NCBI GenBank assembly: GCA_002869265.1
Contig: PKTH01000040.1
Location: forward strand, 5,120-69,119
Direction of reading: 5' to 3'
DNA: 64,000 nucleotides
Source: Candidatus Parcubacteria bacterium
GTDB taxonomy: Bacteria; Patescibacteriota; Patescibacteriia; Patescibacteriales; BM507
In this document: piece by piece, positions 18,698-27,876 of the stretch
Layout: each line of letters opens with the position of its first letter
Numbering within the stretch: position 1 is the stretch's first letter
Program-made: the position numbers and the translations under genes
The notes under the pieces: model-generated
Database searches by the model: none
The model's input: only the letters and a program-made list of their open reading frames with translations
What the model was told of the DNA's origin: nothing

Positions 18698-18727
18698 AAA
18701 GGCGACTGATTTCAGTCGCCTTTTTTC
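18698..18727. terminator. Bidirectional terminator between convergent genes
   Basis: AAAGGCGACTGA-t-TTCAGTCGCCTTTTTT. Confidence 0.8.
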
Positions 18728-18733
18728 TTGTAT

Positions 18734-19156
18734 TTATTCCTCGCTCCCTTTATCAGGAGCATTATTGCTGTAATACATATTTAGAATATCGGTCCCAAGC
18801 TCTGGAGTGATATTAAAAAGTTTACACCAGTCCTTGATGCTTGGCTCATCCTCCATGATATGTTTTGCTTCAACCCGTTGAATCAGAAGACTCCTTCTCC
18901 CAGAAGATTCCTTCACCCTGTCCTTAACTACCTCCTTCATCATTTCCGCAAGAATATTGGCCGCAATAATTCGAAAGCCCAATGAAGACCGACAAAGAAG
19001 TTGACATCGCCCACCGCCTACCATGAATTCATTCTTTCCGGCCACAAGCAACTCTCTCATAGAGAAAATCGATGCAGTTATGCTAACATTTTCAGAAAAC
19101 CTGTCTAAACCACCCTTAAGCACCTCAAAAAATTTATCTTCACTAAATTGAAGCAT
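18734..19156 (-). CDS. Hypothetical protein
   Basis: Open frame of about 140 aa; SD AGGAGGT overlaps the TAG of the upstream HD gene. Confidence 0.6.
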   Translation of the reverse strand: MLQFSEDKFFEVLKGGLDRFSENVSITASIFSMRELLVAGKNEFMVGGGRCQLLCRSSLGFRIIAANILAEMMKEVVKDRVKESSGRRSLLIQRVEAKHIMEDEPSIKDWCKLFNITPELGTDILNMYYSNNAPDKGSEE

Positions 19157-19165
19157 CTCCACCTC

Positions 19166-19756
19166 CTAGTACTCAAGTTCATTGAGTAATTCTTTGAGCA
19201 AATTGTTGGATAATAACTTTTCGACATACACATTGAATTCCGAAAGGTCTTTTTTGTGTAGTCCTGAATAGATATCAGCCTGAATGGCCATTTCTAGTTT
19301 TTCAACTTGATGAACAAATTTTGCTTCGACTGTTTCCTTTTGATCAAATTCCTCCCAAATCTCTATATACTTTTCACCTCCAGGGAGATCTTTGAAAAGA
19401 TCAATAACAGCTGCTTTCTCCATTCTATGTTTTTCTTCTTTTGAAATTCCGTCAAAGGGGGTAATATCTCCAGTCTTTATTTCTCCCATTTCATGAAAAA
19501 GGGACATTATCAAAATCTTTGAAACATCAAAGCCCAAGTCATAAACATCATTAATAAGAATAACAAGTATTGTCACAGAAAAAACATGATCAGCAACGCT
19601 TTCACATTCTTTTTCGTCGATGTGCCTTAGCCACCCTTGCCTGTAAAGACTTTTGAGAAAATTTATTTGATAAAAAACCTCCAAGATGATTTTAAGACCT
19701 TTGCCCTCTATCAGATCGTAAGGATTCGAATTCTTTACTTTCATTTTTTCTTGCAT
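19166..19756 (-). CDS. YfbR/HDDC2-like HD-family 5'-deoxynucleotidase (HE variant)
   Basis: LKSLYRQGW, ESVADHVF, FHEMGEIKTGDITP, EAKFVHQVEKLE; SD AGGAGGT. Confidence 0.82.
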   Translation of the reverse strand: MQEKMKVKNSNPYDLIEGKGLKIILEVFYQINFLKSLYRQGWLRHIDEKECESVADHVFSVTILVILINDVYDLGFDVSKILIMSLFHEMGEIKTGDITPFDGISKEEKHRMEKAAVIDLFKDLPGGEKYIEIWEEFDQKETVEAKFVHQVEKLEMAIQADIYSGLHKKDLSEFNVYVEKLLSNNLLKELLNELEY

Positions 19757-19797
19757 ATAACCTCCTATTTTTTAAAATATCAATTAGTGTTACCCCG

Positions 19798-19826
19798 AGC
19801 TTATATTATAAATACTCTTGTGTCAA
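19798..19826 (-). promoter_or_regulatory. sigma70 promoter of the YfbR-like gene
   Basis: TTGACA-17 nt-TAAGCT. Confidence 0.55.
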
Positions 19827-20050
19827 TTGCAAAAAAATACCGCAGATTTTCTCTGCGGCACTACATTGTTCCCGATACTCTTTTATAGTCCGGCGGGTCT
19901 TTCTCCCATTTTGGTGCCAAAAAACAATGTGAAAACTCACAAACAATCTTAGACCTAAAATAAATGAAATCGCCAGAAAAACCCAGTAAGTACCCTTATT
20001 TTATTCTGTAATGCTACAAATAACAGCCATTTTGGCAGTCATTTTTTCTT

Positions 20051-20066
20051 GTGGGCCGAGCATGAT
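20051..20066. repeat. 16-bp direct repeat of the tRNA-Tyr 3' end (att-like scar)
   Basis: GTGGGCCGAGCATGAT at 20051-20066 is identical to 20216-20231. Confidence 0.8.
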
Positions 20067-20176
20067 ACGTGCACCAATCGAAAACGTTTATATTATTTCC
20101 TTAAACTCCTGCTGCCAAGCTCCTTTCATGCAAACCTTAATCTATCTTCCATAAAGTTCTTTCAAGCTACAACTCA

Positions 20177-20217
20177 ACCATAAAAAAAACACAGCATAAG
20201 CTGTGTTTTTTTATGGT
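20177..20217. terminator. Long hairpin/terminator abutting the tRNA-Tyr CCA end
   Basis: ACCAT-A8-CACAGC-ataa-GCTGTG-T7-ATGGT. Confidence 0.7.
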
Positions 20218-20298
20218 GGGCCGAGCATGATTCGAACATGCGAAGGCGAAGCCAGCAGATTTACAGTCTGCCCTCGTTGACCGCTTGAGTATCGACCC
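20214..20298 (-). tRNA. tRNA-Tyr(GTA)
   Basis: GGGTCGATACTCAAGCGG...GCAGActGTAaaTCTGC, long variable arm, GTTCGAATC, encoded CCA. Confidence 0.96.
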
Positions 20299-20402
20299 TA
20301 GGCTATCTAGACTTAAACAAAAAAATAATCTCAAATCTCTTTGAGAATACCTTTTTGTATAAAACTAGAATATCACAATGTAAAAAACTTTTCAAGGCCT
20401 AC

Positions 20403-22061
20403 TTATACTTTCCAGATTTTAGTCATATATTCCTTATTCGCCCTATGAGTATTGAAAAAAGACACTAAAGAAATAGCATGTTTTACTTTCGTAGCCCATT
20501 CTTCCTTTCTATTATAATAACAATCTATTGCGTCTTCTAGATTTCTCATTAATTGAGCAAAATCTGAATCATCTCTATTTGGCATCTCTAGAAATTCACC
20601 AAATCCCCAGCCAGCTTTTACGTCTGCTCTATAAGCCTCTGACCACCAACCATCTGTTACTGACAAATTAAGAACACCGTTTAGAGCGGCTTTCATTCCG
20701 CTAGTCCCGCTAGCTTCGTGCCTAGGAATTGGTGTATTTAACCAAATATCACAACCAGCTACCAATTTTTTCGCAATCTCCAGATTATACATTGGTATAA
20801 AAACAATCTTGACTTGACCTCTAAGCTCATAGGCGTGCTGGGTTATCCTGTCAACTAATTCATTGCTATATTTATCACCTTCATATTCGTTACCAGCGAA
20901 TACTAGTTGCAGTTTTTTATAACCAATATTTCTAAGCTTGTTCACGTCTCTAAAAATCAAATCTGCTCTTTTGTATGGGACCATTCTTCTTGCAAATCCG
21001 ACCGTTAGAGTGTCTTTATCAAAAAGATCTTCCTTTTCTACATTCTCTAAAACAGAAAACATTTTGTCAGAATTTATCCACTTAACAAGATCTGCTTTTT
21101 CTTTCTTTCTGGCTGTCATTATCTTAGTATCACTTATGTTCATAACAACAGACTTTAGCCTTAGCGGGTCATGATGCCAGCCTTTTATCTCTCTATTAAA
21201 AAGTGCTTCCATATGTTTCCCTACCCACCTAGGATGATAGATGCCGTTTGTGACATTCTCAAAATCATATTCAGGAAACATCTCTTCGCAAACCTGTTCA
21301 TGGATCAAAGAAACTGAATTTACTTTTTTACTTGTGTTTAAGGCAAGCTCTGTCATGCCAAGCTTGTTTTCAGTTCCCAATTCCTTAATATTCATCGGTA
21401 GGTGTTTTCCGATGGTATTGTAAACTAGTTTATAGTTAAAATAATCATGACCAGCATCAACTGGAGTGTGTGTAGTAAAAGTGGTAATCTTTTTTACCTT
21501 GTTAACATCATAATCATTAAGCTTTAAATTTTCTAAGGCACTTAGAGCAGCGTGCCCTTCGTTTAGGTGATGGCAAGCAACATCAACTCCAAGCTCTCTT
21601 AGAGCCCTGGTCCCGCCAATACCTAGAATAGTTTCCTGACATAATCTTGTGTATGCATCTGATGAATAAAGATGCCTAGTAATATCTCTATCCCATGAAG
21701 GGTTTTTATCAGAATAAGTACTCAAAAAATAAACAGGGACAATATGCCCGCTTCTGCCCTTTATATCCATTTGCCAAATTACAACCTCCACTTCTCTGTC
21801 TTCTATTTCTACTTTTATGGTCTTTTTAAGTTTCTTCATTAACTTATTTGGCTTGAATGCTTTCTGAGGGTTGTCGTCTCTGTGGTAAATCAAAGAAACT
21901 CCAACCATATCCAATTCAAGGTCAGCTGCAGAGAGTATCATGTCGGCTGAAAGGACCCCTAGTCCACCTGCATAATTTTGTAGTTTGTCATCAAAGGCAA
22001 ACTCCATAGAGAAGTAAGCCACTTTCTTGTTATCTTTTTTCATTTCATTTTTATTATGCAT
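20403..22061 (-). CDS. glgP: Alpha-glucan (glycogen/maltodextrin) phosphorylase, short type
   Basis: VAYFSMEF, YAGGLGVL, HLNEGH, FTTHTP, GFARR, EASGTSGMK (PLP lysine). Confidence 0.93.
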   Translation of the reverse strand: MHNKNEMKKDNKKVAYFSMEFAFDDKLQNYAGGLGVLSADMILSAADLELDMVGVSLIYHRDDNPQKAFKPNKLMKKLKKTIKVEIEDREVEVVIWQMDIKGRSGHIVPVYFLSTYSDKNPSWDRDITRHLYSSDAYTRLCQETILGIGGTRALRELGVDVACHHLNEGHAALSALENLKLNDYDVNKVKKITTFTTHTPVDAGHDYFNYKLVYNTIGKHLPMNIKELGTENKLGMTELALNTSKKVNSVSLIHEQVCEEMFPEYDFENVTNGIYHPRWVGKHMEALFNREIKGWHHDPLRLKSVVMNISDTKIMTARKKEKADLVKWINSDKMFSVLENVEKEDLFDKDTLTVGFARRMVPYKRADLIFRDVNKLRNIGYKKLQLVFAGNEYEGDKYSNELVDRITQHAYELRGQVKIVFIPMYNLEIAKKLVAGCDIWLNTPIPRHEASGTSGMKAALNGVLNLSVTDGWWSEAYRADVKAGWGFGEFLEMPNRDDSDFAQLMRNLEDAIDCYYNRKEEWATKVKHAISLVSFFNTHRANKEYMTKIWKV

Positions 22062-22149
22062 TTATTATAACATATTTTAATAAATTTAAAAAACATTAAA
22101 ACATTAAAAAATAATTAAAATATGTCCCTAAACACAGCTTTTAAAGTGT

Positions 22150-22178
22150 TTGTATTTGAACATCAAATATTGTATAAT
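22150..22178 (+). promoter_or_regulatory. sigma70 promoter of the GT4-GH57-GH15 operon
   Basis: TTGTAT-17 nt-TATAAT. Confidence 0.55.
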
Positions 22179-22223
22179 ATAGGTAATTATCAACAGGTAC
22201 TCTTGTACCTAATTTACCCCCCC

Positions 22224-23495
22224 ATGCAAACACAAAAACCACGAGTTTTAATGTTTGGTTGGGAATTCCCACCCTACAACAGCGGAGGCTTGGGAGTTGC
22301 CTGCTATGGACTAACTCGCTCACTAGTCAAAGAAGGAGCTGATGTTTGTTTTGTTCTTCCAAAGAATCTTGGTAATCCACACAGATTCTTGGATATGAGA
22401 TTTGCTGACAATACAGATTTTTCTTCATTATATGATCAAATGACCGTCAAGGAACTTGAGGTTTTTTTGTACCCATATTTAAATGAAGAAACCTATCATT
22501 CAAAAGAAGAGTTACTTAAAATTCTTCGTGAAAAAGGCTACGCCCCTTATGCTAGTGATCTGTACTCCGAAGTTCTAAGATATGGAGCCCTATCAAGAGA
22601 AATAGCTAAAACAGAAAAGCACGATGTTATCCATGCTCACGACTGGCTCTCTTTCCCTGCCGGGATCGAAGCTAAAAAAGTTTCAGGCAAGCCTTTAATC
22701 ACTCATGTTCATGCAACAGAGTTTGACCGAACGGGGCACCAAGGAACCAACCAAAAAATTGCTGATATTGAATATGCGGGTCTCCAGGCAGCCGACAAGG
22801 TTGTTGCTGTAAGCCAACTTACAAAAAACACTATAACAAAAAAATACGGAATTAATGAGGCTAAGGTTGAGGTAGTCCACAATGGAATCGACGAGGACTA
22901 TTACAAACAAAAGGTAATTCTAGATAACAAACTAGCGAACCTAAAAAGAGATGGTTCAAAGGTCGTTTTATTCCTAGGAAGAATAACCATCCAGAAAGGG
23001 CCAGATTATTTTATCAGAATGGCTAAAAAAGTTCTTGAACACGAGCCAAAGGTTTACTTCCTCGTGGCTGGTTCTGGCGATATGGAAAAATACATAATGC
23101 GCCAAGCAGCTGAGCTTAAAATATCTGATCGAGTCTTATTTATCGGCTGGCTAAAAGGAGATGACCAAGCCCATGCCTACCAAATATCCGACCTTTTCGT
23201 TATGCCATCTGTGTCAGAGCCTTTTGGATTAGTTCCACTTGAAGCCATGATAAACAACACCCCTGTCCTTATATCAAAACAATCTGGAGTAGCCGAAGTA
23301 ACCCGCAATGTTTTAAAGGCAGATTTCTGGGATACCGACGAAATGGCAAATAAAATACTCTCAGTACTGGCCTACTCTAGTCTTAATAGCCAACTTATAA
23401 ACTATGGTCGCGAAGAAGTAAAAAATATTAATTGGGGCAAAGCGGCTCGTAAGTGTCTAGGTATTTATAATAAAATGATTCTTAACCCAACATAA
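22224..23495 (+). CDS. GT4 family glycosyltransferase (glucan synthase-like)
   Basis: MFGWEFPP...GGLG, IHAHDW, HATEFDR, LGRITIQKGP, SEPFGLVPLEA; start moved to ATG 22224. Confidence 0.9.
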   Translation: MQTQKPRVLMFGWEFPPYNSGGLGVACYGLTRSLVKEGADVCFVLPKNLGNPHRFLDMRFADNTDFSSLYDQMTVKELEVFLYPYLNEETYHSKEELLKILREKGYAPYASDLYSEVLRYGALSREIAKTEKHDVIHAHDWLSFPAGIEAKKVSGKPLITHVHATEFDRTGHQGTNQKIADIEYAGLQAADKVVAVSQLTKNTITKKYGINEAKVEVVHNGIDEDYYKQKVILDNKLANLKRDGSKVVLFLGRITIQKGPDYFIRMAKKVLEHEPKVYFLVAGSGDMEKYIMRQAAELKISDRVLFIGWLKGDDQAHAYQISDLFVMPSVSEPFGLVPLEAMINNTPVLISKQSGVAEVTRNVLKADFWDTDEMANKILSVLAYSSLNSQLINYGREEVKNINWGKAARKCLGIYNKMILNPT

Positions 23496-23496
23496 T

Positions 23497-24864
23497 ATGT
23501 CATCTATTTGTTTTTATTTTCAAGTTCATCAACCATTGCGTATTAAAAAATACAAAGTTTTTGACGTTGGGAATGATCCCGAATATTTTAATGATGCCGG
23601 TGACAACCTTACAAACAACAGGATGATAATGGAAAAAGTAGCAAATAAGTCCTACCTACCCACCAACAAACTTTTACTTGAACTTTTAAATAGACATCCT
23701 GAGTTTAGAATTAGCTTTTCTCTTTCTGGAATATTCTTAGAGCAAATTGAAAATGATTTCCCTGAGGTCCTCAAGTCCTTTCAAGACCTTGTAAAAACTG
23801 GGAGAGCAGAAATATTGTCCGAGACATACTACCATTCCCTTTCTTTTATCTACTCAAGAGAAGAATTCCGCAAGCAGGTTGAAATGCATAGAAAAAAGGT
23901 AAAGAAACTTTTTGGGGTGACCACAGAGGTTTTTAGAAATACGGAACTTATATTCAACAATGAAGTAGCGCAAGAAGCCGAACGCATGGGCTACAAAGGT
24001 GTTATAGCAGAGGGCGCTGATCATATACTAGGTTGGCGTAGTCCAAACTTTGTTTATAAATCACCTGGGGCCAAAAATATTAAACTACTTCTGAAAAATT
24101 ATAAACTCTCGGATGATATTGCTTTTCGTTTTTCTGAGAAAGGGTGGGAGGCTCATCCACTAATGGCAGATACATTTTCCTCCTGGGTTTCCGCTCACAA
24201 CGGCAATGGTGATTTGATCAACTTATTTATGGACTACGAAACCTTTGGAGAACATCAATGGGAAGACAGTGGCATCTTTGGTTTTCTTGAAAAACTACCT
24301 GAAGAAGTCCTTAAACACCCGGACAACAATTTCGTAACACCAAGTGAGGCCATAGATAGATATAACGATTTGGGAGAAATAGACTTTCCTCATTTTGTTT
24401 CATGGGCTGATGAAGAAAGAGACCTTTCAGCTTGGCGCTCCAACGACCTCCAAGAAGACGCCTTGGCTAAAATATACTCCCTTGAAGAGCCAGTTCTAAG
24501 AACTAAAGACAAGGGGCTAATAGAAACATGGAGACGACTACAAACATCGGATCATTTTTATTATATGTGTACTAAGTTTTTTAACGACGGTGATGTTCAT
24601 AAATACTTCAGTCCCTATGAGTCTCCCTACGACGCTTTCATTAACTTTATGAATGCATTAAATGATTTGAAAATAAGAATAAATGAAAAACTTGGAACAA
24701 TAAAACCAAAGAAAAGAGGAAGACCAAAAAAAGAGATAGATAGCGTAATTGAAAAAGATGATCACTATCATAATCCTAATTTGATAATTGAATTAAACAA
24801 AAAAAAGAAGCATATTATTGATTTACGGAAAGAAGGAAAATTAAAAAAAATAAAACAACAATAA
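23497..24864 (+). CDS. GH57 family glycoside hydrolase (alpha-amylase-like)
   Basis: YFQVHQP, ETYYHSL, FRNTEL, FMDYETFGEH, SWAD, LQTSDHFYYM. Confidence 0.93.
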   Translation: MSSICFYFQVHQPLRIKKYKVFDVGNDPEYFNDAGDNLTNNRMIMEKVANKSYLPTNKLLLELLNRHPEFRISFSLSGIFLEQIENDFPEVLKSFQDLVKTGRAEILSETYYHSLSFIYSREEFRKQVEMHRKKVKKLFGVTTEVFRNTELIFNNEVAQEAERMGYKGVIAEGADHILGWRSPNFVYKSPGAKNIKLLLKNYKLSDDIAFRFSEKGWEAHPLMADTFSSWVSAHNGNGDLINLFMDYETFGEHQWEDSGIFGFLEKLPEEVLKHPDNNFVTPSEAIDRYNDLGEIDFPHFVSWADEERDLSAWRSNDLQEDALAKIYSLEEPVLRTKDKGLIETWRRLQTSDHFYYMCTKFFNDGDVHKYFSPYESPYDAFINFMNALNDLKIRINEKLGTIKPKKRGRPKKEIDSVIEKDDHYHNPNLIIELNKKKKHIIDLRKEGKLKKIKQQ

Positions 24865-24865
24865 C

Positions 24866-26818
24866 ATGGGAAAATCTTTAGTATTAGGAAACGGGAATAC
24901 TTTAATAGGGCTAGACAATAAGGGTCAGCTAGTTGATTTTTATTATCATAAAGTCGGAATGGAAAACCATGTTGGCTATGGAAATCTTTTTCGTATCGGC
25001 GTTAGAATCGATGGTGATTTTTCATGGTTTAATAACGATATATGGAAAATTAAAATTTCTTACAAAGGAGATTCTCTAACCTCAAATATTGAAGCCTTAA
25101 ATGAACAAGACCAAATAAAAATAACCATAAATGATGTCGTTGATAATAAAAGAGATGTTTTTGTTAGAAGACTAAAAGTAAAAAACCTTTCTTCCAAGAG
25201 AAGAGATATTAAATTATTTTTTACTCAACAATTTAAAATAAATGCTACCAGCAAAAGAGACACGGGTTATTATGATTCAGAAAACGATTTACTAATCCAC
25301 TATAAGGGGCGAAGGGTTTTTGCCACATGTTCCAAAATCAAAAATAAATATTTTGATGACTATACGGTCGGGAATTATGGTATCGATGATAAAGAAGGTG
25401 CCTGGAAAGACGCAGAGGATGGAGAACTTTCCAAGTGCAATATTGAACATGGCTCTGTGGATTCTGTTATTGCCAACACATTTCGAGTTTCAGGAAAATC
25501 AACCGAAGAGGTTTTTTATTGGATAACAACAGGCAAAAGCTTTAAAGAAGCAATTGAGCTTAGCCAAGAAATTGAAAAAATAAAACCAGAGCAAATCATT
25601 AAAAAAACAAGTGAATATTGGAAATCCTGGGTAAATAAAAAAGATATGGATTTTGCCGATCTTGACGATGACATAAAAGACTTTTACAAGACATCTCTAC
25701 TGATGATTAGGACCCACACTGGTAATTCTGGCGAAATAATAGCCTCTGGTGACTCAGATATGTACCAATACGGCAAAGATACCTATGCTTATGTTTGGCC
25801 TCGTGATGGCGCTTTTGTGAGCATGGCGCTAGATTTGGCTGGCTATGGAACCCTAACTAGGAACTTTTTTGATTTTTGTGTTGAAGCCATGGATGAAAGA
25901 GGTTTCTTCTATCATAAATACCTACCAGACAGATCTGTGGGTAGTTCTTGGCATCCATGGACCTTCGAGGGGAAACCTAGACTCGCTATCCAAGAGGATG
26001 AAACTGCTTTGATCCTTTGTGCCCTAGATAAACACTATGAAGAGACGCTAGACATGGAATATATTGCAGAAGTCTACCCCACTCTAATAAAGCCAGCCGC
26101 TGAGTTCATGTGTAACTACAGAGACAAAAATGGTATGCCCTTAGCAAGTTATGATCTCTGGGAGCAAGACTATGCCACTCACACATTTACTTGCGCTACT
26201 GTATATGGCGGCTTGATGGCTGCATCCAAGTTCGCTCACATTCTCGGTAAAGATAAATCCAGTGAACATTACGCAAGCGTCGCTTGGCAGATTAAAAAAG
26301 GAATAATGAAATATTTATTTAATAAAGATAAAGGTTATTTTTATAAATCAATAAAAATAGTAGATGATAGATATGAGATTTCTGATGTAGTAGATATTAG
26401 TAGCTTCTACGCTGTTTATTACTTCTCTGTTCTAGAAGCAGGTAATGAAAAACTCGATCAAGCATTTAATGTTGTTTTAGATAATCTTTCAATGCAAACT
26501 CCTATCGGCGGCACCTCACGTTATGTTGGAGATAATTTTCATAGGGTAAACCAAGACGCCCCCTCCAATCCTTGGTATCTAACTACTTTTTGGAGAGCGC
26601 AATACCAAGTAGCAAAAGCAAAAAGTAGAAAAGAATTGTCAGAAATAAAAGAAACCATCAGGTGGGCAATTAATTTAGCCACTCCTTCGAAGATGATGGC
26701 TGAACAGGTAAAGTCAGATACTGGAGAACAAATTTCAGCCTCCCCTCTAACCTGGAGTCATGCTGAATTAGTTTCACTTGTGTTGAGTTATATTAAAAAA
26801 TATAAAGAATTAAAATAG
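24866..26818 (+). CDS. GH15 family glycoside hydrolase (glucoamylase-like)
   Basis: YAYVWPRDG, IQEDETA, SYDLWEQ, MAEQV...SASPLTWSHA. Confidence 0.92.
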   Translation: MGKSLVLGNGNTLIGLDNKGQLVDFYYHKVGMENHVGYGNLFRIGVRIDGDFSWFNNDIWKIKISYKGDSLTSNIEALNEQDQIKITINDVVDNKRDVFVRRLKVKNLSSKRRDIKLFFTQQFKINATSKRDTGYYDSENDLLIHYKGRRVFATCSKIKNKYFDDYTVGNYGIDDKEGAWKDAEDGELSKCNIEHGSVDSVIANTFRVSGKSTEEVFYWITTGKSFKEAIELSQEIEKIKPEQIIKKTSEYWKSWVNKKDMDFADLDDDIKDFYKTSLLMIRTHTGNSGEIIASGDSDMYQYGKDTYAYVWPRDGAFVSMALDLAGYGTLTRNFFDFCVEAMDERGFFYHKYLPDRSVGSSWHPWTFEGKPRLAIQEDETALILCALDKHYEETLDMEYIAEVYPTLIKPAAEFMCNYRDKNGMPLASYDLWEQDYATHTFTCATVYGGLMAASKFAHILGKDKSSEHYASVAWQIKKGIMKYLFNKDKGYFYKSIKIVDDRYEISDVVDISSFYAVYYFSVLEAGNEKLDQAFNVVLDNLSMQTPIGGTSRYVGDNFHRVNQDAPSNPWYLTTFWRAQYQVAKAKSRKELSEIKETIRWAINLATPSKMMAEQVKSDTGEQISASPLTWSHAELVSLVLSYIKKYKELK

Positions 26819-26859
26819 CTCATATTTTTACAAGTCTATTAATTGTCTTCTCTCTATAG

Positions 26860-26890
26860 AAAAAGACACTCGTTTATGGGTGTCTTTTTT
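26860..26890. terminator. Bidirectional terminator between GH15 and tRNA-Thr
   Basis: AAAAAGACAC...GTGTCTTTTTT. Confidence 0.7.
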
Positions 26891-26892
26891 CA

Positions 26893-26967
<75 letters not shown>

Positions 26968-27046
26968 CTATAGCCAATTGCTCCCAAAAGGAAGTACTGT
27001 GGCATAAAAAAATAACTACTAAGAAGTTATTTTATTTTAAATTTTT

Positions 27047-27859
27047 CTAGAGACTTTCTATTTTTTCTTGAATTTCTGAAAGTTTTTGATTTTCAGGATT
27101 AACTCTTTTAAGCTTCTCTAAAGCTGACTGAGCCTCATTTTTGTCTTTTCTCATTATACTAATTTCAACTAAAGTGTCAAGAAATCTTGGGTTTTTTGAA
27201 TCTATCCCAAGAGCATTGACCACATTATCCTTAGCTATGTCTAGGTCACCCATTTCTTTGGATATTAAGGCCATCTCAAAATACACTCTAGCACTTTCAG
27301 ATTGTTTTTCAGTAGTGTTTTCATCTTTATCGCCAGTATCTTCTAAAAGTTTTAAAACATGTTCATAGGTCTGCAAGGCCTCTTCAAAACTCCTTTTTTC
27401 AAAATAGAGATTTGCAAGGGTCTTAAATGCCCGCACGTCTTTTGTGTCTATCCCAATAATTTCTATAAGTGCTTTTTCAGCTGCGGCAAAATCTTTTTCT
27501 TTGATGTTGTTATCAACTTCTAAATACAGATCATTTAACTTCTTGTCCTTACCTTCCTGATCTAGTGTTTTTACGGGCGCGTGTTTTTCCTTTACTTCAT
27601 TTAGCTTTTCATAGATATAAGAAAAAGTTTTGCCAGTAACTTGCATAACTGGTCCAAGGTTTTTTCGGATACGAAAATTCCATTTCAAAAAACTTCGTTT
27701 AAGTCTTTCTGTCACTAAGCGCTCTTTGAACCGAGCCTCCTTTTCGGCTGGCATATTATCCACGTCTAAATTAGCAAGAGCTGAAAATTTTCTGACAACT
27801 ATTGTTATGATTATACTTAAACTGATTAGTATTATTATTAAAGGAATAATATTAAACAT
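27047..27859 (-). CDS. Membrane-anchored TPR-repeat protein
   Basis: N-terminal TM helix; TPR-like helices (AFKTLANLYFEKRSFEEALQTYEHVL). Confidence 0.8.
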   Translation of the reverse strand: MFNIIPLIIILISLSIIITIVVRKFSALANLDVDNMPAEKEARFKERLVTERLKRSFLKWNFRIRKNLGPVMQVTGKTFSYIYEKLNEVKEKHAPVKTLDQEGKDKKLNDLYLEVDNNIKEKDFAAAEKALIEIIGIDTKDVRAFKTLANLYFEKRSFEEALQTYEHVLKLLEDTGDKDENTTEKQSESARVYFEMALISKEMGDLDIAKDNVVNALGIDSKNPRFLDTLVEISIMRKDKNEAQSALEKLKRVNPENQKLSEIQEKIESL

Positions 27860-27876
27860 TTTTTTCTCTTTTATTT

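Noticed and set aside
17279..18709. ORFs overlapping pyrF-pyrE
   Set aside because: Shadows of a motif-supported gene.
19637..19888. 83-aa plus-strand ORF
   Set aside because: Overlaps the YfbR-like gene start and promoter on the opposite strand; no SD or motif.
12500..20050. Integron cassette array or prophage
   Set aside because: The intergenic hairpins are dissimilar ordinary terminators, not attC sites. Genes face both ways and have their own promoters, and no phage structural genes are present.
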